A DNA stretch of 64,000 nt from Isurus oxyrinchus. Taxonomy: Eukaryota. Made by a program: the position numbers and the translations under genes. Location: contig JANJGN010000035.1 of assembly GCA_026770705.1 (NCBI GenBank), positions 9,610,001 through 9,674,000 on the forward strand, in the 5' to 3' direction. This document shows positions 40,407 to 52,664 of the stretch, in pieces (positions within the stretch are counted from its first letter, which is position 1; each line of letters opens with the position of its first letter). Below the pieces are notes generated by a model. The model was not told where the DNA came from. It searched no databases and worked only from the letters and a program-made list of their open reading frames with translations.

Positions 40407-40907
40407 CATCCAAGACACATCGACAAAGACACGTCCAAAAATCACACTCAAGACCTTCCTTTCCCTGCCGTACCTTTCACCCTTCCCTCTGTTACACAAT
40501 TACCCTGTGGAAATGTTCCATGGTGAGTCGATTGCTTTGAGCTGGCCACGTGATCCAGGCTGTTTACCGTGTTCATCTTCTCTCATAGCTTTCGGTGTTC
40601 GAAAATGCTGAGAAAATTCTGACACAGAATTCTTCCTCATGCTGTCGAGGTATGCATATACTGGGCTGTACAAATTGATCTTAATCCACCGTCAGAAACT
40701 GGCACAGTCTACAGAAAAAAATGTTGATGTGTTCCGTCAGTCGCTCTTAGATGCAAAGGTGTTTACTGAAAGAGATCACATGGTAGTCATAGCTGTTTCA
40801 ATCATATAGACTTCAATGGGTGCTACGAATGAATGTCCAGTGAACAGTCTTGAATACAAGTAAATGATTGCTGCAGTATTAAAACCATACTGAAATCATT
40901 TCAAGAG

Positions 40908-41590
40908 TTCAGCTGAAAATAAAGCCTCGTGCTGCCTCAAGAAACATTCGAAAAGATCCTAAAAACTATTTAGATAATAAAAGAAAATCAATTCATCCAT
41001 TAATTAATAACGGAATGACATTTCATGGCAGGGTGTTTGACACAACCATTATTAGTAAATATGTTCCGTCAAGAGATCACACTTGGCGTTGTTCACTTAA
41101 GATGGCAGTTTCCCTTATGTACACAACCCATGCGAGAATGAGGCAGTCTTATTCAGCAAAGCGTTCCAACCACAAAAGTGCTGCTAGGTGACTAATTACA
41201 ACACAAGAGATTCTACGAGATCCCCTTGACAGTCAAATGTACACCACCATCCAAGTCTGAGAAGATTGGTGGACGTGATGCTTAATTGACTTCCGTTAAC
41301 ATCCTTGCAATGCCCAACCTTTCAAAAGATTTGTTTTGCTCCAACTTCCGATTGTGACGATAGATGGCATGGACATAATAGAGCTATTGAAACTGCTTCA
41401 GCCCTGATTATAGTCGGAAAATGCACCTGTAAATAGATAATTTAACCAGACCAACACGTCGTGTAACTATTATTTGCCATTATCACCGCCATTCTCAAAA
41501 CAAAAAGATCGAAGATAATCAGGCAATAGCCACAGTGTTCTGCTCGCAAATGAAAACAAAAATAGATGAAACGTAAGAACTATGTAGGAT
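40908..41590 (+). pseudogene. FIIND-like domain copy 3 (ZU5 part; a UPA-like part may resume at 42300-42560 after the CR1)
   Basis: IHPLI..FHGRVFDTT; EITLGVVHLR; QEILRDPLDSQM; LIDFR*HPC; VTIDGMDIIELL (fish FIIND VTDDGMxIL), all collinear with copy 1. Confidence 0.6.
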
Positions 41591-41629
41591 TACATTATAT
41601 TGGACCCATCATTTAAGATAGTAGGCTTT

Positions 41630-42300
41630 TTTCCAATGGAGATTTAATGTTTCCTAAAATAGTGGGACAATGGGGGAATGAAATCTTCACTTGCTGAATC
41701 GCAAACCAGCACTGACATTCGCAGCAATTCACAAAAGTAACCTTATAGGGGTTAATGCATAACAAAAGCACCATTAATGGCTAAGGAATTCATTAACACA
41801 CAGAAAATTATTGGGAAAAGCCACATGGACAGATTCAGAGGCGCAGTGAGAAAATTTAGCATTCTAAGCATGAGAGAGATTTTTCATTTAAATGTATAAC
41901 TTGACAGAATGGGAATGATAAGTCTTTGTATTGGCAATGAGTCCAGAACTTGGATTAGCTTGATGTAACTTTATTACGAAAAAAAGAAAGCATGAACACT
42001 TCCTTAGTCAGAGAGAAAAAAATGGCGAAAAGTTAAAATAACATTAGGTGGTGTTATGGAAATAACATATTGATGACTAATATCAAGCTGCAGGCACGTC
42101 ATTTATGCAGTTTTCAGCCAGAGTGGGATATAGGCTTCTCACCACGTGTCAGCATGCAGTTCTCTGTGGGGTGTGCACAATCTTTTCAGGTGCCAATAGG
42201 GTAGATGCAGATTGAATGCTTTCCCCGTCTGGGAAATCGAACCAGGGGTCAAAGTCTCCAAATAAAAGGAAAGCTATTTGCGACTGAAATGAAAAGGAAT
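41630..42300 (+). mobile_element. Decayed CR1 RT C-terminal fragment
   Basis: agggtagatgcag..tttcccc..ggggtcaaagtctccaaataaaagg..gactgaaatga (RVDA..FP..RG..L.IKG). Confidence 0.6.
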
Positions 42301-43479
42301 AGGAAAGAGCACAGACTTGAGCGAACACGAAAGTGAAATGTAGTTTGAGTCATCAGTTTGAAATTTAGTGCTCAGGGGCAAAGGGACACTGCTGCTACAA
42401 CCTTCATTCAGCTTTCAATTGTTAGTGAGTTTCCTTTCTTGTCTCCAAGCTAGGTGAGTGAATCTTTCTGTCACTTGACATGTTCACACATTCGGCAGCA
42501 TTTAAAAATTATTATTTTCATTCCAAAGGAGAGCAAGGCTTTACCTTGACTATGTATCACTGAATCCAGAGGAATCAAAGAGCTTCAGAAAGCAGCAGGG
42601 ATTTCGTTGTCTTTAAAGAGATGCTAGTGTCCTCTGTGATGGCGGGTCATCAAATGACCAAACTCCAAAGAAATGCAAAAACGTCCTTTGCATTTCTCAG
42701 ATACAGTTCCAGCCAATGGAGACAGTATGCCTACAATGAATTCTGACTCCTCCGTTAAACACCTGAAGATTCCAGAGGCGGAGGAATATATATTTTTTTT
42801 TGGTACAACACATAGGAGACTAAGTGGGTGGAATGTCACATGATCTCCCGCCAGCTTCTTTAACCAGTAATATTGCCGTGTTGAACTGGGTAAAGACAGT
42901 ATGTTAATTTATCATCTAACAGGTAGCAGCAGAAATAGCATCTACATCTACAATATGAACTAGCGGAACATTGAATCTCTTGTTCCCGTCCTTCAAGACC
43001 AATTCAGCTATACTTTCCTATCCCATAGTGGAATTCCTCACTCCTGGAAAGTTGGATCACAATGCAACAGTTTCTGACCACTGACGTCTGAAGGAATACG
43101 CTTGTGGAGTTTTGATACTGGACTGCGGACTCACGTGAAACCATTGGTCTTATTCATATGGGGACATTGTCCTGTACCCCATTTATTTCCCTTATTGCTC
43201 ATATAATGTAATAGTACGTATAGTTTCAGAGGTTCCTAAATGCCTACCAGCGTTTTGTGTTTCTGTGGAACGAACCCTCTCTTATATGGAGTTTGCTGTG
43301 GAGTTGTTAATGAAGGATTTGATCTATGCAGATTGAGGGGGCGGGGAAAAATTGCTGCCATTTACATTGGTGGCGTGGGTTTGGAGAAGGAGGTAAAATC
43401 AGAAATCGAGAACAACTTTTCTTTCTGGGTGGGCAGTGAGGTGAGATATCAGAAACATCTCGACGGATTCATGAATCCA

Positions 43480-44135
43480 CTCCCCATCCGTAACCACAGT
43501 AAATCAATTAGATTCGACATTATTGGCTGCACTGGTGGTGTGACATGTTTGGGGATTTGTGTAATGCACTAAAATCCCAGGCAGCTATGTCTGCAGAAAA
43601 TGCCTGCAGGTGAGGCAGCAGCAGTTAAGATCGTTGAGCTGATGTCTGAGTTGCCGTGACTGTAGCTCAGAAGGGAGGGTGAGTTTTACCGAGACAATTC
43701 GTTCACGAGACAGTCAAACCTCTTAAGTAAGGCAGAACTTTAGAGTTGGTCAGCGGCCAGAGACAGGAGCGTGTAACTGTGAGTAAGGAAAGTCAAGTAT
43801 GCATTGATGGACGAGCCGCAATCCCTGATTTATTTATTTTTTTAGCAACAGATACGATGTGCTTGCTACCTGAAAAAATGAAAGGGGTTGCTAGTTTGAA
43901 GAGCGGACTGGGCGCGGAACGATGGGGAAGGATGCCATTCATTTCAGGGCAGCAAAGCTGAAAGTGGTAGCTACAGGAGACAAAATAGCCAGACGCCTGG
44001 ATAGAGTCCTCTGCAGCCACGACCTGGAGCTGCGAACGTTGTGTGTCTATCCAGTTTCCGAGTTAAAGATCTCGTCGTGGCTGGAGTGGAAACTGGAATG
44101 GGAGTGATAAGGTCCTGTTGTCGTTAATCATCTAT
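43480..44135 (+). mobile_element. CR1 ORF1 (zinc finger, leucine zipper, esterase start), 3'-truncated
   Basis: YVCRKCLQVR; SNRYDVLAT; VVATGDKIARRLDRVLCSHD..LCVYP..LEWKLEWE. Confidence 0.75.
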
Positions 44136-44309
44136 TTCTTATAACCACATTTTTTTTTTTGCTTCATATCTGCTAACGTAACCGAAAAGAAGTTTAATGT
44201 CGTCCGAATGTGGAAATTGCATAAGCCTATACAAATTGGTAAAGTAGTTAATTATATGTGAGGGAAAGTCCATCACACTGAAAATGTGGGGAATTAAAGC
44301 GGGTTTTTT

Positions 44310-44650
44310 TTTCTATTACCTTTATTGTCATTGGATGTGGGCATCGCTGGCTAGAACATTATGTGTTGTCCATTGCTAATTGCATCTGCGAAGGTAATGA
44401 GCTGCCTTCTTGAATCGCTGCAGGTTCTGTGGTGTCGGTATACCCATGCTGCTGTTCAGAAGAGGAGTCCAAGGGTATTGACCATGCTACAAAGAAAGAA
44501 AAGCGATATATCTCCAAAACAGGATGGTCTGTGACTTTGTGGTGGCGGCATTTCCATGTGCCTGCCGCCCTTGTCCATGTAGGTGGTAGTGGTCGTGGGA
44601 TTAGAAGGAGCTGCCTAAGGAGGATTGGTGAGTTGCTGCAGTGCATCTAT
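44310..44650 (-). mobile_element. LINE family A 3' end
   Basis: ggatgtgggcatcgctggctag..cattgctaattgc..ttcttgaatcgctgcag. Confidence 0.8.
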
Positions 44651-44712
44651 TATTACATTATCAGTGTACATATTAACAACATGCCTAAGTAAATAAATGA
44701 TGTTCAACCCGA

Positions 44713-44880
44713 ATGTCAGTGCTAGTGGAGTGCCACGACTGCAGCAATTGGGGATCCGCAGAATTTTGTAAAGAATACAAATTATTCGTTTTGCAGTTAG
44801 TCTATAATCTCAAGGGTTTGTTGGGTGGGGCGAGGGTGACGTTGTGGATTGGGCCAAAAAGAAGCGAGAAACATTTTATT
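44713..44880 (+). pseudogene. CARD4 first-half exon
   Basis: FCKEYKLFVLQLVYNLKGLLGGARVTLWIGPKRSE follows the CARD helix 1-3 pattern (F..+H+..LIQ.V.NV..LL); donor |gtatgt. Confidence 0.5.
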
Positions 44881-44962
44881 GTATGTGTCATTGCCCTTTA
44901 TTTCGCCGAGAGTCTCCAACAATCTCAAGCAAACCATCTGAATGCGTCATTTTTTTGTAAAG

Positions 44963-45136
44963 GAAATTTGCAAGTTGGCTGGAAATAACGAAAGAAATGC
45001 CGTGCCACATATTTTTTTTTCGATGCTGTGCTGGAATCAGGAGCAATAGGCCCAAGATTGATGTGGAACATGTTTGCTGAAATACAGATTGAAAGACGAC
45101 AACTGTATGAGTCATTACTGGAAATAAGAGAGAAAG
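44963..45136 (+). pseudogene. CARD4 second-half exon
   Basis: EICKLAGNNERNAVPHIF/FDAVLESGAIGPRLMWNMFAEIQIERRQLYESLLEIREK(G); frameshift in a T9 run; donor mutated to ataact. Confidence 0.8.
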
Positions 45137-45227
45137 ATAACTGTGATTTCACATAAGGCACCATTATTTTTATGAGTTAGACGTTGCTTCATATTGAACA
45201 TACAAGTACAGACATGTATGTTTACAG

Positions 45228-45293
45228 GTTCCGAATTCCAAATGGAAACACTGTGGAATGAATTGAATCCAGAATTAGCAATTTATGTTCAAG
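45228..45293 (+). pseudogene. NLR linker exon (66 bp, phase 1-1, intact)
   Basis: tttacag|(G)SEFQMETLWNELNPELAIYVQ|gtaagt. Confidence 0.75.
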
Positions 45294-46866
45294 GTAAGTG
45301 TCCAATATAATTGACTAAACGTCTTCTCCCGGTCCACAGTTAATTTTGTACAAGTGTCAAAGTCAGCACCTCATAGTTCTGAATTACATAATATGTTGCA
45401 AACAGCAGATTGATGAAAAAACAAAGCAGGTGCTACTGTTTTTTAGGCCAATTTCCTGAAACTTACCATAATACAAATGAATCCAATTGAATTAATTTAA
45501 GCAATTTGGGATGGGGTGGGGCAGGTGCTATATGTTTTTAGCTGAGGTCAATGAGTCCCAGAGGTGGCATAGCAAACATTTGATTTTCTCAGAGATTTCT
45601 TCAGGTTTCCGGCTGGGGAGTGACTGAAAGCACGCAGTATGGCCGTGATTGTAGGCAGTGATAGCTCAATGGGACCTATAAATATTTTCAGTGTCCTGCA
45701 GTGCAGACAAAGTTATACATTTTTTCCAGTTTACGCATCCTTTAGTAGTTTTACTTGTAGTTTTTTCTTTCATCTGGAGAACATTATTGCGAGGTTGTGA
45801 GCTAAGCCTGAATATAGGAAACAAAACTTATTTCAGATCACCGTATGCAAAAAGCTAAGCCTAATGGTCAATTGCTGCCACCTATGGCTTCTGCTCCGAC
45901 GAAATAATCATTTCCTGATTATCTCTAATAATTTTGAAAACAATCTCGAAGCTTTGCTAAAAAATAGATTTGGCATTGCTCAGATTGCACAAGTCACGAA
46001 TTCCCCATAGTCAAACGTTAGAACAATAGCGAAGTTTCCTTTTCCATAGCACAGAGAAGCAATAGGAACAATTGTTCGAGAATGACATACTTTGAGAAAC
46101 TGGGACTTAATTTTTCCACGTGATTTTTCTATAAGAAAACAAAACACTTACTTTTCGCATCATTAACTTGCTTTCTTTGAAATATCTTATTTCATCCGGC
46201 ACCACGTAAAATAATATAATTGAAAATATGAAAAAGGAAACGCTGTTTCAATGATCAACAGTTGCTCAACAAGTTACTTTAGCTTGTTTTCGACAATCAG
46301 CAATCTTTGCAAACTCCGCTTACTTCAGAATTCTCTGGCCAGTCTTCATTTATAAAATGCTTTGTTATTTTTTTTTCTCTCTGGCCATGCGTTCTGTAGC
46401 GGCTGCTGTGTTTCACATTACGTGTGAGATTAATGGCTTCAATCATATTGGAAATGTCCATTTATGGGGCTCACGATATTCCCTTTGCCTAGGGATCACA
46501 GTCCGTTCAGGCATTTTTTTTTTTCATTATGAATGCTCTTTTCAAATTGGGAAGGTACACTACATAGAGCCCGTGGCACGTCTATAAAATAGCCATAACC
46601 TTCAATTCTCCTTCATAAAACTCCTTGAAGCTTGAGAACAGTTTGTGCGATAGCAATAAAATTATTTTCCTCATGATGCCTGGGCAAAAGAAAATGGGAG
46701 AACGAATTAGCGTTTGCCGCAATACGGATGAACAATGAATGATTTATGTTTTCTTTGAGCATTTTTTCCCTTGAAGGCTTCAATCGATTAAATGTCAAAC
46801 TCTGAATGAGGATTGTTGCGTCAATGATACACTTATGTTTGTAGTGTGTGCATCATTTTTCCCAAG

Positions 46867-48558
46867 GAATAAGGAATTAAAATTTTATGCGAAAAAGAAT
46901 AAGAGTCTGCGAGACCATATCACAGGCAGAAGATAAATCCTCCTGGATGAGTGTTACAACAACATAGCGATTGTTCCTTCCCTCCTTGAGTAGCGAGAGG
47001 TAGAAAATGAAGTGAAGGCCAGCGGGAAGATGCGTGCAGAGATATTGATATATAAGGCATTTGACCTCTATCAACTTTTGCCAAGCAACTGTTGCAAAGC
47101 AAGTCAGACTTGAACAACAAGAGTAATTGGCGCTGCAGGGAATGGCAATAGTACCCTGATTCAGAAGATGATCTTCACTGGGCCAGTGGGCCAGTGGGGA
47201 AATAAACAGTTTGAAGTTGGTTTTTATTTTAAGATTTCACAATTAAATTGAACAAATGCGAGAATCAATCTACCTAGCCTCATTTTGGATTCCTACCCAC
47301 ACTTCGATAATCAGTTGGAGCATCTGTGGCCAGAACCCACAAAACTATTGTTTGTGTTTTCATGATTTCCACCGCATCAAGATTAAAATAAATTTCCGCA
47401 ATACCAAGAGCAGTATAGATTAACAGGAACATTATTTAGCTCCGGAGTTCTATTGTGAAGTTTCAGAAATTGTGCGCTGTCACCTACAAGGGAAGTTGCT
47501 GACAGGCTGTTCAGTCTTGATCGCACCACGGCCATGGAAACCCGAGTTACTTGCAAAAGCAAAAATAATTCTAACGGTCGAGATTGTGGGATTTGAATCT
47601 GATCAAATAAAACAATATTGTCGCCAATGTTATGGAGATGAGCAGTTTACGAAATATGTAACCGAAGACATTGAACAGGATGAGATCTTGTACTGCATGT
47701 GTAACAGTCGCCTGTACTGTCCAGACCTATCTTCATGACAAGCGTCACATCTGACACAAGAGTCATTCAGAGAATCTCTTTGCCACATGGCCAGCACATG
47801 ATTGTTCTGCACTAACGTCACCAGTCTTTTAGAAAGATGTGGCTGTGATCGGGTAATCACTGCCAACGTTTTGTTGGAATTCACTGAGATGGACTACAAA
47901 GGGATGTGCAACCAAAATATTACTTTTCATTGCGAAACGTTAAATCACCACAAACCAACGTTTTCTAATGTTATCCCTGCTTTAATATTGGAGCTTCGAG
48001 ACAAATATCTTGGCATCGTGGTTTGCACATTCAGTCATTCCATTTTGCAACACCTTGGCGCTGCATGTCTTCATCAAGTAACAAGCAGGGAATGAATTGA
48101 TTTGATTTCCGAATGAATGGGACGTGTGCATGGACGACAGATTCGAGATTTATTCACATTTCCTTGCCTGTTCTCTCATCATGAAATTCAACGGATCAGC
48201 TTGAAATCAAATGGGCGAAATTAACACTGAAACAGCTTCACGAGCATCGGATTGACGCAAACAATATTTGAAAGAATATCTTCAGAACGTGGAAGGCAGG
48301 GAAATCCAAAGTGGGCAGTTAAAAATGTTTTCCTCTTTGTTAGAATTTGGAGATACCAACTTATGATGGCAGCATTAAAACTTTGAAAGACAATAACATT
48401 CACAATGTTTCCTCTTAAATATTTTGACTGTGTGGTTATGTCAACTGTGCTGATAAAGGTGGAACGGATTGAAGAGCTGAATCTCTCTCTCTTTCTGGTA
48501 TACAAGCTGAAGTAATCCATCAGCTGGAGCTCTTGCTGCTCAAATGTAAATCATTCAG
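46867..48558 (+). pseudogene. NACHT exon of an NLR (NLRC3/NLRP-like), pseudogenised
   Basis: EVENEVKASG; Walker A GAAGNGNSTLIQKM; LILDSYPHF..LWPEPTKLLFVF; IVRCHLQGKLLTGCSVLIAPRP..EIVGF; LYCMCN; CTFSHSILQH; DRFEIYSHFLA; LLLKCK; many stops. Confidence 0.92.
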
Positions 48559-48859
48559 TTAACTCACCAAAATTATTAGTTAGCATTATAGTCAAAAATG
48601 TAGAATATGGTGTTCTAATATTTAAAAAGGCGAAAATACTTTTTATCTTGAACCCACTGAGAAGCACAGTCTCTCATTACATTCTGCTGTGAGAAAACGA
48701 AAGGGACAAAAAATCTCATCAAAAGGACTGTTCAGGTTGTGCGTGAGTGCCCCATAGTTGTGTGCTCTTTTTTTAATAGATCAGGTTGATGTTTGCTACA
48801 TCATATCTGAATCTGGTGCGCTTTTTGCATAACTTCTGTAGATGCAAAAATAAGACAGA

Positions 48860-50720
48860 TACATTCCTGTTGATGTCAATGGCAGGTCCATGCTTAACAC
48901 AAAGGAAGATGGTTGCAAATGTATCAATCAGATTATCTCAGTCACACAATATTGCTTAAGGTGCTCCTTAGAATAATTTCCTAAGGAGACTTCTTTTGTC
49001 TGCTTCATCAATGTCTTCCCCTCATGATACACGTATAAGTCGGGAGGTCAGCTCGTGATTGCACAGTACCATGGCATAGCTCAAGTGTACAGGGGGCAAT
49101 CTGTATCCACATTCCGCTGAAACTGTACAACATTAACACTTGGGCTGGTATGCGACAAATAGCTTACGTGCCATAAAAACTTCAAGGAATTAAAGCTTCC
49201 AAAATGAAGTAAACCAATGTTCTCCTTTTAATATAAAACAAAAAACAGCCGATCATGGAAATCCAAAACAAAAACAAAAATACCCGGAAAAACTCATCAG
49301 GTCCGGCAGCATTTGCGTAGAGGAACACAGTTAATGTCTCGAGTCCGTATGACTCTTCAACAGAACTAAGTAAAAATAGAAGAGAGATGATATATAAGCT
49401 GGTTTAGGCGCAGGGGCGGGGGGGAGGGGGGGGTTTGGGGGTGCGGGGGGTGATGATAGAAGTACAGCTGAATAGAGGGCCAGTGATAGGTGGAGATAAC
49501 CAAAATATGTCATAGACAAATGAGCAAAGAGGTGTTGAAGGTGATGTTCAATAACTAGTTAATATTGTCTTTCGATATTATCTAAGCAATATGCTAATTA
49601 AGGGTAGAACGCAGGACAAGCTTTAGTGGGGGTGGGTAGGGTGAAGGAATCGAAATAGGCTCAAAGACAGAGATAAAACAATGGATCGAAATACATTTAA
49701 AATAATGGAAATAGGTGGGAAAAGAAAAGTATATATTGCTTGTCCTGCTTTCTACCCTTAAGTAGCACATTCCTTAGATAATATCATTACCTCCAACACC
49801 TCTTCTTTCCTTTTGTTTATGACATTTTTTAGTTATCTCCTCCTATCATTGGCCCTCTATCGAGCTCTACCTGTCCCCACCCACACCTCCCCCACCAAAA
49901 AAAACAAGCTGATATTTTACCTCTCTTCTATTTTTGATTAGTTCTGTTGAAGAGTCATATGGACTCTGAACATTAATTGTGTTCCTCTCCGCAAATGCTG
50001 CTGGACCTGCTGAGATTTTCCAGGAATTTTTGTTTTTGTTCTCCTTTTAATATTCAAGTCTTTACCATCACTGAATTCCAATCCATCATAATTCTGAGGG
50101 GCATTATTCATCAGAAACTTAACTGGAGCAGCCATATATCTATGGTGGACTTAATAGATCATCGGAGGCTTGAATACTTTGGCATGTAACTCAGCTTCTG
50201 GTGTACGAAAACACTGTCGGCCATCTACAGGACTCAATTCAGGAACGCAGTGGAATGTTTGTCAATTGCTCAGATGCTGAAGCCTCTGACAATGCACAAG
50301 ACCTTCAATCCCTCACTCAAAAATTCATATTCCAGGCCTTTTCATTGCCACACCACTGAACACCTTGAAAATTAAACTCCCTCATCCACCGATGGCAGCG
50401 TGGCAGCAGTGTGTGCCAAATACAAGATGCACTGCAGCAATTCGCTCTGCCTCTTCAAACAGTGCCTCCCAAATGCGCAAACGCTTGCAACCCAAAGCAA
50501 AAAAACATGCAAACGCCTGGGAACACAACAAACTGCAAGTTCCCCTCTCAGCAACTCACCATTATAATTCGCATCTATAAACTTTAGCTTAATGCCTCTG
50601 CGTCAAAATCCTGCAAATTCGTTAGCATGGCATTGAGGGAGTACATAAGCTTTGAGGATTTCAATGTTTGAAGAGAAAGATTTATCGCCAGCTCTTCAAT
50701 AGCAATTATGGATAGGCATT
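48860..50720 (+). mobile_element. LINE family A RT and 3' part, interrupted by the inverted Penelope pair
   Basis: acaaaggaagatggttg; ctgcttcatcaatg; cagaaacttaactggagcagcc; agatgcactgcagcaattc. Confidence 0.8.
49235..50036. mobile_element. Inverted pair of Penelope pseudo-LTRs flanked by a 17-bp TSD
   Basis: 49265-49620 is the reverse complement of 49738-50040; tgttctccttttaatat at 49218-49234 and 50037-50053. Confidence 0.85.
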
Positions 50721-50968
50721 GGAAAAACATCATCTTGACCACGCACATTACAATGGCTACCGAGTAAAGTAAGTGCACCGTGTGATGCTCACTGATTTTA
50801 CGAATTTTTGCCAATAAAAAAACAAATATGTGCAACTTAATTTGAATGAGTGGTCTAACATTCAGAGAGGCCAAGCCTAACGTGTTCCTGGTGAATAGTA
50901 AATCGTGGATAGAATCTGTTTGATAACATGTGCATTGTTAATTTTTGATTTTGTTTATTCGTGCCTAG

Positions 50969-51052
50969 ATTCAGTGATAAAGAAAGGAGATTCGAGGTTG
51001 AAATGGTCGCAGCAATTCTGAAGAGAAATTATTGCAAAGTACGAAATCTGGA
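50969..51052 (+). pseudogene. RI-type LRR exon (84 bp)
   Basis: cctag|FSDKE/GDSRLK/VAAILKRNYCKVRNLE|gtgatt resembles L..N.LGDSGVK.V...L....CK+..L. Confidence 0.7.
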
Positions 51053-52340
51053 GTGATTCATTGAGTTTAAAATATGGAGGAGCAAACTTGTATAGTCTTT
51101 CCTAGAATAATATCAATTATCAATTAATAATGAATAACAAATATTAATTTTGGATTAGCTTTCAGATAGAAAACGTTTAATGAGATTAAACATCGATATA
51201 GGGAAAAACGACTTTAGTCGTCCCCAAATCATGCTTTCACTTTCACCCTCTCCTGTCGTTCTGACACAAACAAACACACAGACACAAAACATACGGATAC
51301 AGTTGTGACGTGCCAGATGATGTGTGCCAGGCGAATGCAATCCAAGTTGGGAACTTGAAACAGCTTCCAAATCAGGTTTACAATTTGAATATCATAACAA
51401 GATCCGTGTATTGAATTCAATGCTAATGAGTCCTCCGAGATCTAAGAGGTTTTCTTTGCAAAGCTAAGATAAATATTAATTTAATATTAATTTAATATTA
51501 ATAGAAGAAAATGTGTTAAGCACATTCACAGTTCTACAAATTACTACGATACCAACTACTAACGCCCCAAATAAACATGACTCTCAGTTACAGCTCCCTT
51601 AAACAAGTGGTAAAAAAAAAAAGAAAATAGAATGAAACAGATTTAAGCAGGCAAAACAAGACGATCCCCAGGACAGGAAGATTCAAAGTGACATTTCCCA
51701 GCTTTGGTTCCTTGGTGTGTAGCGGCTGCAGGCTTTTCTCGCTTGTGTTAGATCTTACAATTCTTTCTCTTCCTTGCACATAGCTTCACCTCCTTTATTA
51801 ATGTTTCTGCTCTTTTTACGTGAATTCCATTATTCCAAATAAAATTTGAATTTTGCTTTCCTCATCATATAAATATTTCTTAGTAAACATATTATCAGTA
51901 ACCTTTGGGAAAAATAACAACAATGCGTGCCTTGGCATCTTATGGTTCAGAGGAATATCCTGCCATCTCTTTGAAATTCCGGCTATCTTAACTTATTTAA
52001 TAATGCAAATGTTCCTTGCTCCTCACATTCTAAAACTTCAGTCATGTTTACTTATTTTACATTTGAATCGGAGCTTCCCTTTTCAACGTTCAAAAGCACC
52101 AAACCAGCTGTCTCCAATTCAATTAAATCCTTCCCCCGCCCAAACACAAACAAACACAGGGAAACTAATCCAAAACTAACTATTATCCCACTTTTTCAAT
52201 AAATCACAATAATATTATGAAAAACATTGTATTTTTATGACACAAACACACGAACACACAAACAATTTTGCAAATTTGCAATCAAGTGCTATAAAGTCCA
52301 GTGACGTAAATGTAAACTATGTTTTTTTTTAATCACTGAC

Positions 52341-52400
52341 GTTAAAACCTAACAACCTCACAGATGAATGCGTGGAAATTCTGGTTTCCTCTCGCACTGT
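52341..52400 (+). pseudogene. LRR exon fragment
   Basis: LKPNNLTDECVEILVSS resembles L..NNLTD.C.E.L.S; acceptor degraded. Confidence 0.65.
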
Positions 52401-52664
52401 TCGGTGGAGGAGAAGGACCTGTGAAATGTCAACTTGGATTGCGTACAGTCCAACCGACTGACTGACCAATTTATTCTTTCATTGAGGCGCCTCATGCAGA
52501 GTAGAGTTTATTTGAAGGAAATCAGGTGAGTTCAATGTTGAAAATGCCTTAATTAAATCGTACCCAACATTCATACATATTGTTTGTATGTACATTTTAA
52601 TAGTCTTTTAATGGAAAACGTATTACTTTGTTGGGTATATACCTGCTTCAACTCAATGGCAACA

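Noticed and set aside
40042-40540. Phe-rich and Lys/Glu-rich ORFs
   Set aside because: Produced by the GAAA microsatellite
42701-42889. Exon-like segment (tttctcag|DTVPANG..|gtaaag) as a fifth CARD half
   Set aside because: Splice signals are good but there is no convincing domain similarity; left unassigned
51470-51502. Palindromic AT repeat (taatattaatt)x3
   Set aside because: Simple slippage repeat
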